From Patescibacteria group bacterium (GTDB lineage Bacteria; Patescibacteriota; Patescibacteriia; UBA10025; JAHIVO01): a DNA stretch of 64,000 bases. A program made the translations under genes and the position numbers. Below the pieces are notes generated by a model that was given only the letters and a program-made list of their open reading frames with translations, was not told the DNA's origin and did not search any database. The stretch spans positions 1,074,118 through 1,138,117 of the forward strand of contig JBMOKY010000001.1 of assembly GCA_049325535.1 (NCBI GenBank), written 5' to 3'. Position 1 is the stretch's first letter; the number at the start of each line of letters is the position of its first letter. This document shows, one piece after another, positions 20,261-30,258 of this stretch.

Positions 20261-20602
20261 ATGTTTTTAAATGCACCTGTCAACCCCACACCCGTAAAGC
20301 GCCGCCTCTACCTCGCAGTCAGCGTATTGCTTGGGCTGCTGCTCTCGGTACTGCTGCATGTGGTAATCGAGCAACTCTTTCTCAGCTGGACAACGGATGC
20401 CGGCCACGCCGTCACCTGGTATGGCGGCTGTGCACTGCACCCTGCGCTGCAAATAGGATTGCTCGTGCTGGGCGCCCTCGGTGGCTACGGTCTCGGACGC
20501 ATGTGGTGGCGCATGGTATATATCGATCGCCGCTGGGCAAAAGGCATTATCAAAAAATATTCCCAATCCAATGAGCCAACCGCATCCACCCATCAACAAT
20601 AA
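20261..20602 (+). CDS. small two-TM membrane protein
   Basis: Two hydrophobic helices; packed in an operon between the C39 peptidase and msrB. Confidence 0.65.
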   Translation: MFLNAPVNPTPVKRRLYLAVSVLLGLLLSVLLHVVIEQLFLSWTTDAGHAVTWYGGCALHPALQIGLLVLGALGGYGLGRMWWRMVYIDRRWAKGIIKKYSQSNEPTASTHQQ

Positions 20603-20954
20603 TCTCACGCCCGAGCAATACACCATTTGCTTCCTGAAGGGTACCGAACCGCCGGGGTCAGGCAAATGGTTACATAACGACGCATCTGGTATGTACATCT
20701 GCGTTAATTGCGGCCAAGAATTATTCAGTTCCGAAACAAAATTTGATTCCGGAACCGGTTGGCCATCATTCTGGGATCCAGTGCACCATGCCAATATCAA
20801 AACCGAAACTGATGATTCACTGGGAGTCCGACGCACCGAGGTGCTCTGTAGCACATGCGGCGCGCATCTCGGGCATGTGTTCCCCGACGGGCCGGCACCA
20901 ACCGGCCAACGGTACTGCATCAATTCGTTGGCACTCAATTTCACAAAAAAATAG
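20571..20954 (+). CDS. msrB: peptide-methionine (R)-S-oxide reductase
   Basis: GTE.P, CxxC, KFDSG.GWPSF, HLGHVF.DGP, RYCINS. Confidence 0.95.
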   Translation: MSQPHPPINNNLTPEQYTICFLKGTEPPGSGKWLHNDASGMYICVNCGQELFSSETKFDSGTGWPSFWDPVHHANIKTETDDSLGVRRTEVLCSTCGAHLGHVFPDGPAPTGQRYCINSLALNFTKK

Positions 20955-20955
20955 C

Positions 20956-21666
20956 ATGCAATTGATCCACATGAGCTCTACCTGTGCGGACGGTAACATG
21001 TCATTCCGCTACGGCGAACGGCATGTGGTTCTGGATAATCGCGTTCGATTTTTGTCTCGCCTCGGAGTAGCGATAGATGATTGTGTTTCCATGAGCCTGG
21101 AACATGGGGTACGGTGCGTCACCGTCACCGCCAAAGATACAAAACGAGGAATGGTAACTGCCGACGGAATACCCGCTGATTGTTTCATCACCACTGAACC
21201 CAACGTCTTTCTCTTCCTCTATACCGCTGATTGTTTACCGGTCAGTATTTACGCCCCAGCACAGAACCTCGTCGCACTTGCCCACCTGGCCCGTAAAAAT
21301 GCTGAATTGCAGTTTGTTGATCAGATTATTCAAATCATTGCTACCACCAGCGGCTCCCTTCCGTCTAAACTGCAAGTCACGATCGGGCCGGGGATCCACC
21401 GTGAATCATACCGGCTGCCACTGTCCGCGGTACGCATTAATTATGAAGTGTGGGGCGCGCAGGCTGCGCAGGGGAATACCGAGGTTACGCTTGACCTGCC
21501 CGGCCTGGTAGTACGTCAACTGCAGCAAGCGGGGGTGGCACCGGAGAACATTACCTGCTCACCAGTAAATACGGCGACGTCTCGCGATTACTTCTCCCAT
21601 TACCGCAGCGCGCGATCACGCGAACCCGAAGCTCGTTTTGCCACGGTTATCGGCTTTAAAAATTAG
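20956..21666 (+). CDS. YfiH/PgeF (laccase-domain) family protein
   Basis: H, TADC.P, H, IGPGI, FS.YR. Confidence 0.82.
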   Translation: MQLIHMSSTCADGNMSFRYGERHVVLDNRVRFLSRLGVAIDDCVSMSLEHGVRCVTVTAKDTKRGMVTADGIPADCFITTEPNVFLFLYTADCLPVSIYAPAQNLVALAHLARKNAELQFVDQIIQIIATTSGSLPSKLQVTIGPGIHRESYRLPLSAVRINYEVWGAQAAQGNTEVTLDLPGLVVRQLQQAGVAPENITCSPVNTATSRDYFSHYRSARSREPEARFATVIGFKN

Positions 21667-21692
21667 ATATTAGTCATTATTCATTATTGTCT

Positions 21693-22007
21693 ATGTCACT
21701 CCACGACATCCAACACCAAACCCACGACTGGATCAGCCAGTACAAAGAAGGATACTGGCCGCCGCATGAGATCATGGCTCAAATGACCGAGGAAATGGGA
21801 GAAATCGCCCGTGAGGTCAATCATGCCTTTGGCATGAAAAAGAAAAAAGCCACTGAGGCGGAAAATAGTATCAGCAATGAACTGGGCGACCTGCTCTTCA
21901 ATATGTCCTGCCTGGCCAACTCGCTTGGCATTGATCTCGACGCGTCATTCGCCCACACCATGCATAAGGTGAATACGCGCGACAAAGATCGGTTTGCTAA
22001 AAAATAA
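21693..22007 (+). CDS. MazG-like nucleotide pyrophosphohydrolase (YpjD-like)
   Basis: EEMGEIAREVNH..G.K.KK, ELGD, LAN, RDKDR. Confidence 0.9.
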   Translation: MSLHDIQHQTHDWISQYKEGYWPPHEIMAQMTEEMGEIAREVNHAFGMKKKKATEAENSISNELGDLLFNMSCLANSLGIDLDASFAHTMHKVNTRDKDRFAKK

Positions 22008-22016
22008 TTCACAACC

Positions 22017-22054
22017 AAAAAAACCGCCGGCTGTGTGAACCGGCGGTGTTTGGT
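22017..22054. terminator. bidirectional terminator
   Basis: A tract, then ACCGCCGG...CCGGCGGT, then GTTT, between convergent genes. Confidence 0.7.
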
Positions 22055-22059
22055 GTAAT

Positions 22060-25000
22060 TTACGAGACGACGGGTGAGGCGGTTTTTTTCCACTCGCGCC
22101 GGGCGCGATACCGATGGGTGAACTCGATGAAGAGCGGGATGAATACGAGCGTACCAATCGTGGAAAAAGCCAAACCAGCGATCAGCGCTGCGCCCAATCC
22201 AGTCCAAAAAGGATCAAAAATGGTGATGGGAAGTACACCGCCGATCGTGGTAATGGTAGTGGCGAATATCGGCTGGAGACGCGCCATACCGGAACGAACC
22301 AGCAATTCGGTTGGTGACGTATTCGGGTCGTCACGCCGGAACCGATTATAGGTAGTGATGAGAACGATGGCATTGTTCACCACGATACCGATCAGAGCGA
22401 CGATGCCCAGCCCTGATACCATATTGATTGAACTCTGCACCGCAACCAGTCCGGGAAAAACGCCGATCAGCGCGAGGGGGATGGTAAACATGATCATAGT
22501 TGGCTGCCAAAACGAATTGAATTGATACACCAGTATCAGATACACGGCAATCATTGCCAGAATAAATACGATTTGCAGCCGTGAATAATCCGTGCCAAAA
22601 TCGGCAAATGCCCCACCATAGCTGACCCCATTCTCCGTCAAACCATATGATTTCAATTTTTCCGGGGTCACATATGCCTTGACTGCCGTATCGACGGTAG
22701 CTACATCGATACCGTCATCCAGTACCACACCGACCGTCGCCACCCGTTGCGCATCTAACCGCTGGATAGTGATGGTGCTTTCCCGGCTCTCCACCGCGGC
22801 CACCGATGCCAGTGGCACAATCCCGCGGGCAGCCGGAATAGGCAGTCCTTTGAGTCCGTCAATCGAATCGGTTCCCGCCCCCCCGAAGCGTATCGTCACA
22901 TCATCACTGACGCCATCCTCACGGAAGGTTGCCGAGCCCACTTTTTGCGGGGCAAAAAGCGCATTGACTGTACCGGCGGCAATGAGCGGATTCACGCCGG
23001 CGGCGGCTAATTTCGCTTCATCCAATTCTACCTGCACCGAGGGAACCAACAAATCTTTTGTAGAGTTTGTGGTTTTGGACACGCCCTCATACGCGTCCAG
23101 AAAACGCTGTATATCATCAGCCGCAGTCGACAGGGCTGTCCGGTCGCTGCCCAGGAATTCTATTTCCAAATCATACGCGCTCGATGGAGGGCCATAACTG
23201 GTACCGGACGATTCGATGGCCACGCCCGATCCGGCCGATTCGACGATGGCTGCTACGTCAGCATTAAATTGGTCGCTGATCTGGTGGATCGTTTTTCCGT
23301 CTGGGCGGTCCGCCGGTTTTGCAAAATTTGCATAGACGACATTGTCAAAAAAGTAAAACGTCTGAAAATACGGCAGCGCCACAAACATATCCATCGACTG
23401 CTGGAGGATTTCTTTTTGTCGCTCCAATGTCATGGTAACCGGAAAGGTATAATTTACCTGCATGACGTCGCTGTCGGTGGTCGGAAACTGCTCAAATTTC
23501 AATTGGGGGGCAAACACCCCGATACTGACACCCAGCAGCACTACCGTCAGTACTACCGTCAGTACCATGCGGCTCATTTTCGCGTATATCCAGTGCATCA
23601 ACCGGCCGTACCCACGCGCCATCCAATCCACGAAATTTTGGATCCGATGAATCAGCGCAGGCAGCACCAGAGCTTTTTCCCAATCTTTGATTGTCGCCTG
23701 GCGCCGCTGGTCATACGTCTGCTGTTTGAGCATCCAGCTGCCGAGCAGCGGGGTGATGCAGATCGCCATCAGATATGAAGCGCCCAGCATGATGATCACC
23801 GTATAGGGGATAAATTTCAAAAAATCCCCAATAATACCTCCCAAAAAAGCAAATGGAATGAACGCCACCACCGTCGTCAGTGTGGACGCGGTCACTGCCG
23901 GTCCGAATTTCCGTACTGATATCAGCGCCGCCTCCCGCTTCGTCACGCCCCGTTCAATCTCATGTTTGATCCCCTGCGCGATGACGATGGCATTGTCCAC
24001 GATGATGCCCAGGGTAAAAATCATGCCAAACAATGTGAGGATATTCAGGCTAAATCCGATGACCGGTAAAACAAAAATGGTAACCAAGAATGTCAGCGGA
24101 ATAATAGCCGCCACCAGCAGCGAAGTACGCAAATCAATAAAGAGTAAAAGCACCAGCGCTACCAATATGAGGCCGTATAGTCCATTTTGCAGCAAACTCG
24201 ACAGCTGATCCTGCACGTACGGCGCATTATCGTAGGCGATGACGATATCCATGCCTTCCGGAATAATCTTGTCATCCTTTATCTCGGTAAATTCCGCGCG
24301 CAAATCCTCAGACAACGTGATGATATCACCGCTGTCTTTTTTATACGCCAGTAGGTAGACCGCTTCGCGGGCAAATGACCCAGCCTCAGTCGTATATCCA
24401 ATAAAATGAGCGGCAGTGGCATCATTCGGCGTGCGGGTGATTGTAGCCAGGTCGCCCAATGTCAAAGTCCCGAGCGGGACAGCCGCCAGATCATCGATGG
24501 TCTGGGCGGCGGCGGATATGGTAATCGTCTGCTCGCTACCGTCGTCCATACTGATACTACCGCCGGGGATGGAGGTGATATATGACTGCACCGCTCCCTT
24601 CACCGTATCAAAGGTGAGCCCGCTGGCGACAAAAGCCGCCGTGTCAATCTGAATCTCTACAGAAAAGGTATTGTCGGGAATGATATCAATTTTTTTCAAT
24701 TGATCGGACGATGCCTCCAGACGTGTTTTCACCGCACTGGCATATTCGAGCATTTCACTGACTGACCTGCCATCGGCACTGACGATCCCCAGTGCCATGG
24801 AAACACCGGCCGCGTCAATAGTCTCGACATTGGTCTCCACTCCGGCGGGGAGACTGAGTTTGCCCAGTTCATCAGAGAGCGTGGCGGCGATGGCCGACAC
24901 CTGCTGGGTATTTTCCAGAGTAGCCACGACGCTGCCAAAATTACTGGCGGCCGTGGAGCGCACTTTGGTCACTCCGTCGATATTTTGTGCAGCCTGTTCA

Positions 25001-25224
25001 ATCGGCACCAGTACCGCCTGCTCGACATCTACGGGAGACGCTCCGGGATACACAGCCGAAACCACGATGATATTGATGGGAATCTTGGGGAAATCCTGAC
25101 GCTGATTTGAAGTGATGCCCCATATCCCCGCAAGTACGACGGCTACCAGGAGCAACACGGAGATGCGATACCGATCCATAAAAAAATGAGCCAGCCGCTC
25201 AGTCCAGTTTTCGTGGGATGTCAT
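22060..25224 (-). CDS. RND family transporter (AcrB/AcrD/AcrF-like)
   Basis: YPGASP..VE..V..PIE, GIIVDNAIV, GIVVNNAIV, RL.PI..TT.TT..G..P; about 1050 aa. Confidence 0.92.
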   Translation of the reverse strand: MTSHENWTERLAHFFMDRYRISVLLLVAVVLAGIWGITSNQRQDFPKIPINIIVVSAVYPGASPVDVEQAVLVPIEQAAQNIDGVTKVRSTAASNFGSVVATLENTQQVSAIAATLSDELGKLSLPAGVETNVETIDAAGVSMALGIVSADGRSVSEMLEYASAVKTRLEASSDQLKKIDIIPDNTFSVEIQIDTAAFVASGLTFDTVKGAVQSYITSIPGGSISMDDGSEQTITISAAAQTIDDLAAVPLGTLTLGDLATITRTPNDATAAHFIGYTTEAGSFAREAVYLLAYKKDSGDIITLSEDLRAEFTEIKDDKIIPEGMDIVIAYDNAPYVQDQLSSLLQNGLYGLILVALVLLLFIDLRTSLLVAAIIPLTFLVTIFVLPVIGFSLNILTLFGMIFTLGIIVDNAIVIAQGIKHEIERGVTKREAALISVRKFGPAVTASTLTTVVAFIPFAFLGGIIGDFLKFIPYTVIIMLGASYLMAICITPLLGSWMLKQQTYDQRRQATIKDWEKALVLPALIHRIQNFVDWMARGYGRLMHWIYAKMSRMVLTVVLTVVLLGVSIGVFAPQLKFEQFPTTDSDVMQVNYTFPVTMTLERQKEILQQSMDMFVALPYFQTFYFFDNVVYANFAKPADRPDGKTIHQISDQFNADVAAIVESAGSGVAIESSGTSYGPPSSAYDLEIEFLGSDRTALSTAADDIQRFLDAYEGVSKTTNSTKDLLVPSVQVELDEAKLAAAGVNPLIAAGTVNALFAPQKVGSATFREDGVSDDVTIRFGGAGTDSIDGLKGLPIPAARGIVPLASVAAVESRESTITIQRLDAQRVATVGVVLDDGIDVATVDTAVKAYVTPEKLKSYGLTENGVSYGGAFADFGTDYSRLQIVFILAMIAVYLILVYQFNSFWQPTMIMFTIPLALIGVFPGLVAVQSSINMVSGLGIVALIGIVVNNAIVLITTYNRFRRDDPNTSPTELLVRSGMARLQPIFATTITTIGGVLPITIFDPFWTGLGAALIAGLAFSTIGTLVFIPLFIEFTHRYRARREWKKTASPVVS

Positions 25225-25416
25225 ATGAATAATATGTTTGTTATTCCGCTTAAATAATTGCCCCAGTATACCTGCATCAGGGAGGATTGTCAAAGCTCGG
25301 AAAAACGCGCATATGCCCAAGGGCTCAAGTACGCGCAATGCGCCTTGTATCTTCATGGTAATTTACTTTTTTGCTATTTTGTGATATAATAAATCGCGTT
25401 AGTAAATAAAAAAACC

Positions 25417-26295
25417 ATGAAAAAAGTCACGAAAGTAATCATCCCCGCCGCTGGCTTTGGCACGCGTTTTTTACCGGTGACCAAAGCACAACCGAAGGAG
25501 ATGCTGCCGATCGTGGATAAACCGGTCATACAGTACGTGGTGGAAGAGGCGGTTGCCTCGGGTATTACCGACGTGATCATCGTCACCAGCTGGCAGAAAC
25601 GGTCTCTGGAAGATCATTTTGATTTTTCCCCTGAACTGGAAAAGCAACTGGAGGAAGCCGGCAAAACAGAAAAATTAAAGGAAATACGAGCCATTGCCAA
25701 AATGGCTAATTTTATTTATGTCCGCCAAAAAGGCCCCTACGGTAATGCTACTCCCGTCCTGAGCGCCCAGCATGTGATCGGAGAAGACGAGCCTTTTGCG
25801 GTGCTCTGGGGAGACGAATTTATCGCCAGCAAACCGCCACGCTTGAAACAGCTGATCGACGCCTTTAATGAATACGGGCATACGGTGATCAGCGCCTGTC
25901 GTGTCGCACCCGAACATTTGAACCGGTATGGTATCGCCGACATAGAACCGGTGCGAGATAACATTTACAATATCAAATCAATCATCGAAAAACCGGACCA
26001 ATCAAATGCTCCCTCCGACCTGGGGCTGCTCGGCGGATACGTCTTCACCCCAGCCATCATCGACCACCTGAATGCCATCAAGCCAGGCAAAGACAATGAG
26101 CTGTGGCTCATCGACGCCATCAACGCCCTGATGAAACGAGAACCGGTCTACGCCTGTGAAATCCAGAATGGAACATATTATGACACAGGCAGTAAACTCG
26201 AATACCTCAAGGCCAACATCGACTACGCCCTCCAGCGATCTGATCTGAAAGAAGACCTGGCCCACTACCTGAAAAAGAAAGTAGAAGAATTATGA
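25417..26295 (+). CDS. galU: UTP-glucose-1-phosphate uridylyltransferase
   Basis: IPAAG.GTRFLP.TKA.PKEMLPIVDKP. Confidence 0.95.
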   Translation: MKKVTKVIIPAAGFGTRFLPVTKAQPKEMLPIVDKPVIQYVVEEAVASGITDVIIVTSWQKRSLEDHFDFSPELEKQLEEAGKTEKLKEIRAIAKMANFIYVRQKGPYGNATPVLSAQHVIGEDEPFAVLWGDEFIASKPPRLKQLIDAFNEYGHTVISACRVAPEHLNRYGIADIEPVRDNIYNIKSIIEKPDQSNAPSDLGLLGGYVFTPAIIDHLNAIKPGKDNELWLIDAINALMKREPVYACEIQNGTYYDTGSKLEYLKANIDYALQRSDLKEDLAHYLKKKVEEL

Positions 26296-27677
26296 AGAAA
26301 AAAACCACCCAACACGGCATGTCAAAAGTCATCATCCTGGCGCTGTTTGGGTTTATCGCCCTGGTCATCGCCGGGGTTATATTTATCATCATCGGATCAA
26401 AAGCAGCGCCCGCGCCAAAAGCCATGACCCTCACCATCTGGGGCGTCTGGGACGAGACGTCTGACCTGCAATCGATCATCAGCGCCTACCAGGGCGCCCA
26501 TCCCTATATCACCATTCGCTATGTGAAATTGCGCAGTGAGGAATACGAAGAACGGCTGCTGAAAGGATGGGCGACCAATTCCGGTCCCGATATCTATGCC
26601 CTGCCGGCCAGCTGGATAACCAAATATAAAACTGATTTCATCACCCCCGTCCCCAAATCGACAAAAGTCGCCTACTACACCACTAAGAAGGTCCTCTTCA
26701 AAACTGAAACCGTAATCACCGAGCAAACTGATCCCTCGTTGACCCCGAGTGACGTGCGGAGGAATTATGTCGATGTCGTCTATGATGATGTAGTTATCAA
26801 TGATAAAATATACGGTCTGCCGCTGGGTATCGACACGCTGGTCATGTACTACAACCGTGAATTACTAAACCAGGCGTCGCTAGTCCAGCCACCGGCCACC
26901 TGGAATGAATTTACCGCGGCGGTCAGCCGTCTGGCCTTGGTCGACGAGCAACAAAACATCGTCCGCGCCGCCACCGCGCTTGGCACGACTAACAATATCA
27001 CCCCGGCAACCGATATACTCACCCTGCTCATGCTGCAAAACGGAACGGTCATGACCCGGGGCAATACTATCACCTTCACCAGCGCTTCCGCCACTGACCC
27101 GAGCTACAACCCCGGCATCGAAGCGCTCCGATTCTACACCGATTTTGCCAATCCCCAAAAAGCAGTCTACACCTGGAATCCGGAACAACCCAATGCCCTG
27201 GATCAATTCGCTCAGGGCGAGCTGGCCTTCTTCTTCGGGTATAAATTCAATGAGCCGGAAATCAAATCAAAAAACCGCGGAGTGGACTATGATATCGCCC
27301 CGGTGCCGCAGGTCGATTTGAATAGCACGGTTAATTTCGCCAGCTATAATGTCTACACGGTAGCTAAGCAAAGCACGCACGCTAATGAAGCATGGAATTT
27401 CATCCAGTTTGCCAGTAATCCCAAACGGCTGAAACAATACCTAGCCGGTACCAGCCAGGCCAGCGCCGTTCGATCCGTGCTGAATGAACAGCTGGCCGAC
27501 CCATCAACCGCGGTGTTTGCCCAACAGGCGCTGACGGCAAAAAGCTGGTTCCATGGAAAAAATCCGGAGACAGTCAAGGAATCATTCACGGAAATGATTG
27601 ATACGGTGCTGGCCGACCCCGGACAGCTCCAGGCCGCGGTCAAGACGGCCGCCCAAAAAATACAACTCGGATACTAA
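26292..27677 (+). CDS. membrane-anchored extracellular solute-binding protein (sugar SBP family)
   Basis: N-terminal transmembrane helix, LTIWG, GPDI, YGLP...DTL..YYN, PP.TW.E. Confidence 0.85.
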   Translation: MKKKTTQHGMSKVIILALFGFIALVIAGVIFIIIGSKAAPAPKAMTLTIWGVWDETSDLQSIISAYQGAHPYITIRYVKLRSEEYEERLLKGWATNSGPDIYALPASWITKYKTDFITPVPKSTKVAYYTTKKVLFKTETVITEQTDPSLTPSDVRRNYVDVVYDDVVINDKIYGLPLGIDTLVMYYNRELLNQASLVQPPATWNEFTAAVSRLALVDEQQNIVRAATALGTTNNITPATDILTLLMLQNGTVMTRGNTITFTSASATDPSYNPGIEALRFYTDFANPQKAVYTWNPEQPNALDQFAQGELAFFFGYKFNEPEIKSKNRGVDYDIAPVPQVDLNSTVNFASYNVYTVAKQSTHANEAWNFIQFASNPKRLKQYLAGTSQASAVRSVLNEQLADPSTAVFAQQALTAKSWFHGKNPETVKESFTEMIDTVLADPGQLQAAVKTAAQKIQLGY

Positions 27678-27681
27678 ACCT

Positions 27682-29253
27682 ATGAAACGCAACCGCACCA
27701 CCCATTATGTCATCCTTGGCCTGAGCTTGGTGCTGCTGGTCACCTCACTGCTGCCGCGCCTGACTGCGGCGGCCGAATATGAACGCTATGAAAATGGCTG
27801 GGTGATCGTCCCCCCCGAATGCATCGATCCCAGCGTCGGTACCTGCGGATTAAATTCATTGGTGCAGTTATTTATCAATCTGGCCAATGTCGGACTGAAA
27901 GTGCTGCCCTACCTGACCATGATCATGATGATCTGGGCGGGTTTTAATCTGATCATGGCCGGTGGCAACCCAGAAAAGGTCCAAAGCGGAAAAAAAATGA
28001 TCTCATCGGTTCTGCTCGGCGTCATCATCGTCACTGTGCTTGCTTGGGCGTGGTCGTATTTTGTTGTGGTTATACTAACCGGTGAATATAATTTATTCCC
28101 AAACACGATATTTGAAAAAGCCTGGTGGGGCGGCGGCACCGTGGCTGAAGCGCCGCCAGGTACCGGCTGCTGCGTCATCAACACGCTCGGCTGTACCAAT
28201 AATACCCAGGAGCAGTGCGACAGCGCCCGGGCCTCGCTCCAGGCACTGGCCTATGTCACCGGTGGCACGGCACCCCAGGTATTTTGGCAGGGCGAAAACC
28301 AATTCTGCTATGAATTTCCGACTCAATGTAAAAATTATCAATTCGGCTGCTGCGTGCCGGTCGATCCAAATAATAAAACATGCTATAACGGCAACGAACG
28401 CGGGTGTCTCGATGTCGTCTTCCCCGGCGCCGGACAGCAGCAAGTGGCGGTGACATTCAATCCGACTAAATGCGCCAATCTCGCCGATCGCTGCGAAAAT
28501 ATCGTGGGTGAAGCGACAACTCAAACGTCTGACGGCTGCTGCGTCACCGGCAATTCATGCAATGCCGGCAGCAGCAGTACATGCAGCGGCCAATTTTATC
28601 CCGGTCAGAGCTGCAACACAGTCAATGACTGTACGGTCGGCTGCTGTGTGGGTACTGCCTCCTGCAGCGCCGGCAAAATAAATTGCACTGGTGTGTGGAA
28701 TGCCACATCATGTACAGAAGCACCGAATGACACAAATTGCACCATCGGCTGCTGTGAAGACACGCGCCAAGGCGCTGACCATGTCTCCTGCTACACATCG
28801 ATGACCGTGGCCGCCTGTGATGCCCGCACCGGGGGCAGCTTCATCTTCGATCCGTCCTTTGCTAATTGCCAGGGTCTGGTGGAGTGTTTCAACGGGTGCT
28901 GTACCGCCAATAACCAGTGTTCGAGCGGTAACATCGACGGGTCGTGCCCTGACCCAGTAAACAACTATGACGCCAACAGCGCTTGTGCCGGCAATCCCGC
29001 CTGTGACGAAGGATGTTGTCTTTTTTCGGATGCCACTACCTGCACCGACGGCATCATCCGGGACAATTGCAATGGCGTCTTCTACGGCGGCTTCTGCTCT
29101 GACCGTCATGAATGCTCAACCATCGGGTGCTGTAAAGATGTCATCAATGCATCAGGCGCCTGTATCGATGGCTACGCCGACGCTGCTTGTGGTGGATTCC
29201 CAAATGAATTCCACGAAGGCAGTTGCTCAGACGCACCATTCACCTGTCCTTAA
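27682..29253 (+). CDS. VirB2/TrbC-like pilin fused to a Cys-rich repeat domain
   Basis: Signal-like N-terminus; pilin motif IWAG..LI.AGGNPEKV..GKK.I...LLG; eight GCC-containing repeats. Confidence 0.8.
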   Translation: MKRNRTTHYVILGLSLVLLVTSLLPRLTAAAEYERYENGWVIVPPECIDPSVGTCGLNSLVQLFINLANVGLKVLPYLTMIMMIWAGFNLIMAGGNPEKVQSGKKMISSVLLGVIIVTVLAWAWSYFVVVILTGEYNLFPNTIFEKAWWGGGTVAEAPPGTGCCVINTLGCTNNTQEQCDSARASLQALAYVTGGTAPQVFWQGENQFCYEFPTQCKNYQFGCCVPVDPNNKTCYNGNERGCLDVVFPGAGQQQVAVTFNPTKCANLADRCENIVGEATTQTSDGCCVTGNSCNAGSSSTCSGQFYPGQSCNTVNDCTVGCCVGTASCSAGKINCTGVWNATSCTEAPNDTNCTIGCCEDTRQGADHVSCYTSMTVAACDARTGGSFIFDPSFANCQGLVECFNGCCTANNQCSSGNIDGSCPDPVNNYDANSACAGNPACDEGCCLFSDATTCTDGIIRDNCNGVFYGGFCSDRHECSTIGCCKDVINASGACIDGYADAACGGFPNEFHEGSCSDAPFTCP

Positions 29254-29278
29254 TCCATATCCACTTGCACATAACCAT

Positions 29279-29689
29279 ATGAGTACTATGAGACCCAAAC
29301 TTTTACTCCTTGCCCTGATAGTGATGACAGGTGTATTGGTATGGTCGGTGATGTTACCCACCCCCGCTGCTCTAGCACAGGGTACCGGCACCAGCAGCGG
29401 GCCGACGCTACCAAACCCACTTGGTGAAAATGAAGATCATACGCCGATCAGTTTAATTGATGTGCTATTGCGTGTCTTGCAGATCGCGCTGGCAGCCGTG
29501 GATATTTTCGCCTTATTCATGTTCATCCTGGGCGGTTTCCAGCTCCTCATCTCCGCAGGGAATCCCGAGCGTATCAAAAAAGCCAAGGATACGCTGGTGT
29601 GGGCGACGCTGGGGGTGCTGGTCATCACCCTAAGCTATTCCATACTTAAATTCATTTTTGAAGCAGTTCGCAAGGAATTCGGTAATTAG
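29279..29689 (+). CDS. VirB2/TrbC-like pilin
   Basis: Signal ending ALAQ, L.NPLG, GGFQ.L.SAGNPE.IKKAK.TL.WA..G. Confidence 0.85.
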   Translation: MSTMRPKLLLLALIVMTGVLVWSVMLPTPAALAQGTGTSSGPTLPNPLGENEDHTPISLIDVLLRVLQIALAAVDIFALFMFILGGFQLLISAGNPERIKKAKDTLVWATLGVLVITLSYSILKFIFEAVRKEFGN

Positions 29690-29704
29690 CTGCTGCCCGC
29701 TGAT

Positions 29705-29802
29705 TTGACATTTTGCCAAAAAGTGTGTATACTCATGGCATCTATTGACAAAAATCAATAAATACGATATATTGCATTATCCTAAAAAACGAAAGGGGGT
29801 GA
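29705..29802 (+). promoter_or_regulatory. tandem sigma70 promoters and strong SD for the third pilin
   Basis: TTGACA-N17-TATACT (29705-29733), TTGACA-N17-TATATT (29745-29773), AAAGGGGGTGA before ATG 29810. Confidence 0.75.
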
Positions 29803-29809
29803 CAAAACA

Positions 29810-30163
29810 ATGAAAAAATTAATTTCTCTCGTCGCGCTGGTTGCCGTGTTGGCACTCCCGGCCGTTGCTTCAGCTCAGGTCAATATCAATGACAATTTAG
29901 GTTCAACCTTTGGTCTTGGTACCGCTGACCTGGAAAATACCGTGATCAATGTCGTTCAGTGGGTACTCGGATTCCTCGGCTTGATCGCTGTTATCATGAT
30001 TTTAATCGGTGGCTTCCAGTGGATTACTGCTGGTGGTAATGAAGAAAAAGTTGCTTCAGCCAAGAAAGTCATCTCAGCCGCCGTTATTGGTTTAATCATC
30101 GTCCTGCTCGCCTGGGCTATCGTCATCTTCGTGGTCTCTCAGACCAACGATCTGACCAACTAG
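29810..30163 (+). CDS. VirB2/TrbC-like pilin, probably the major subunit
   Basis: Signal ending ASAQ, GGFQW.TAGGNEEKV..AKK.I..A.IG. Confidence 0.9.
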   Translation: MKKLISLVALVAVLALPAVASAQVNINDNLGSTFGLGTADLENTVINVVQWVLGFLGLIAVIMILIGGFQWITAGGNEEKVASAKKVISAAVIGLIIVLLAWAIVIFVVSQTNDLTN

Positions 30164-30187
30164 TCTCAGTCTCGAGAAGTGAAAACC

Positions 30188-30227
30188 AAACGACCCAGCC
30201 TCTCGTAAGGGGCTGGGTTTGTTTTTA
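30188..30227 (+). terminator. intrinsic terminator after the pilin
   Basis: ACCCAGCCTC-tcgtaa-GGGGCTGGGT followed by TTGTTTTT. Confidence 0.8.
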
Positions 30228-30258
30228 TTCCCCCTCACTTCTGCTAAAATAACCGCAT

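Noticed and set aside
20261-20602. Double-glycine bacteriocin precursor for the C39 peptidase
   Set aside because: The GG pairs fall after or within transmembrane helices, and there is no ELxxxEL-type leader. It looks like an ordinary membrane protein.
27682-30163. Conjugative element or T4SS island
   Set aside because: There is no VirB4, VirD4, relaxase, integrase or att site, and the pilins sit among housekeeping genes.
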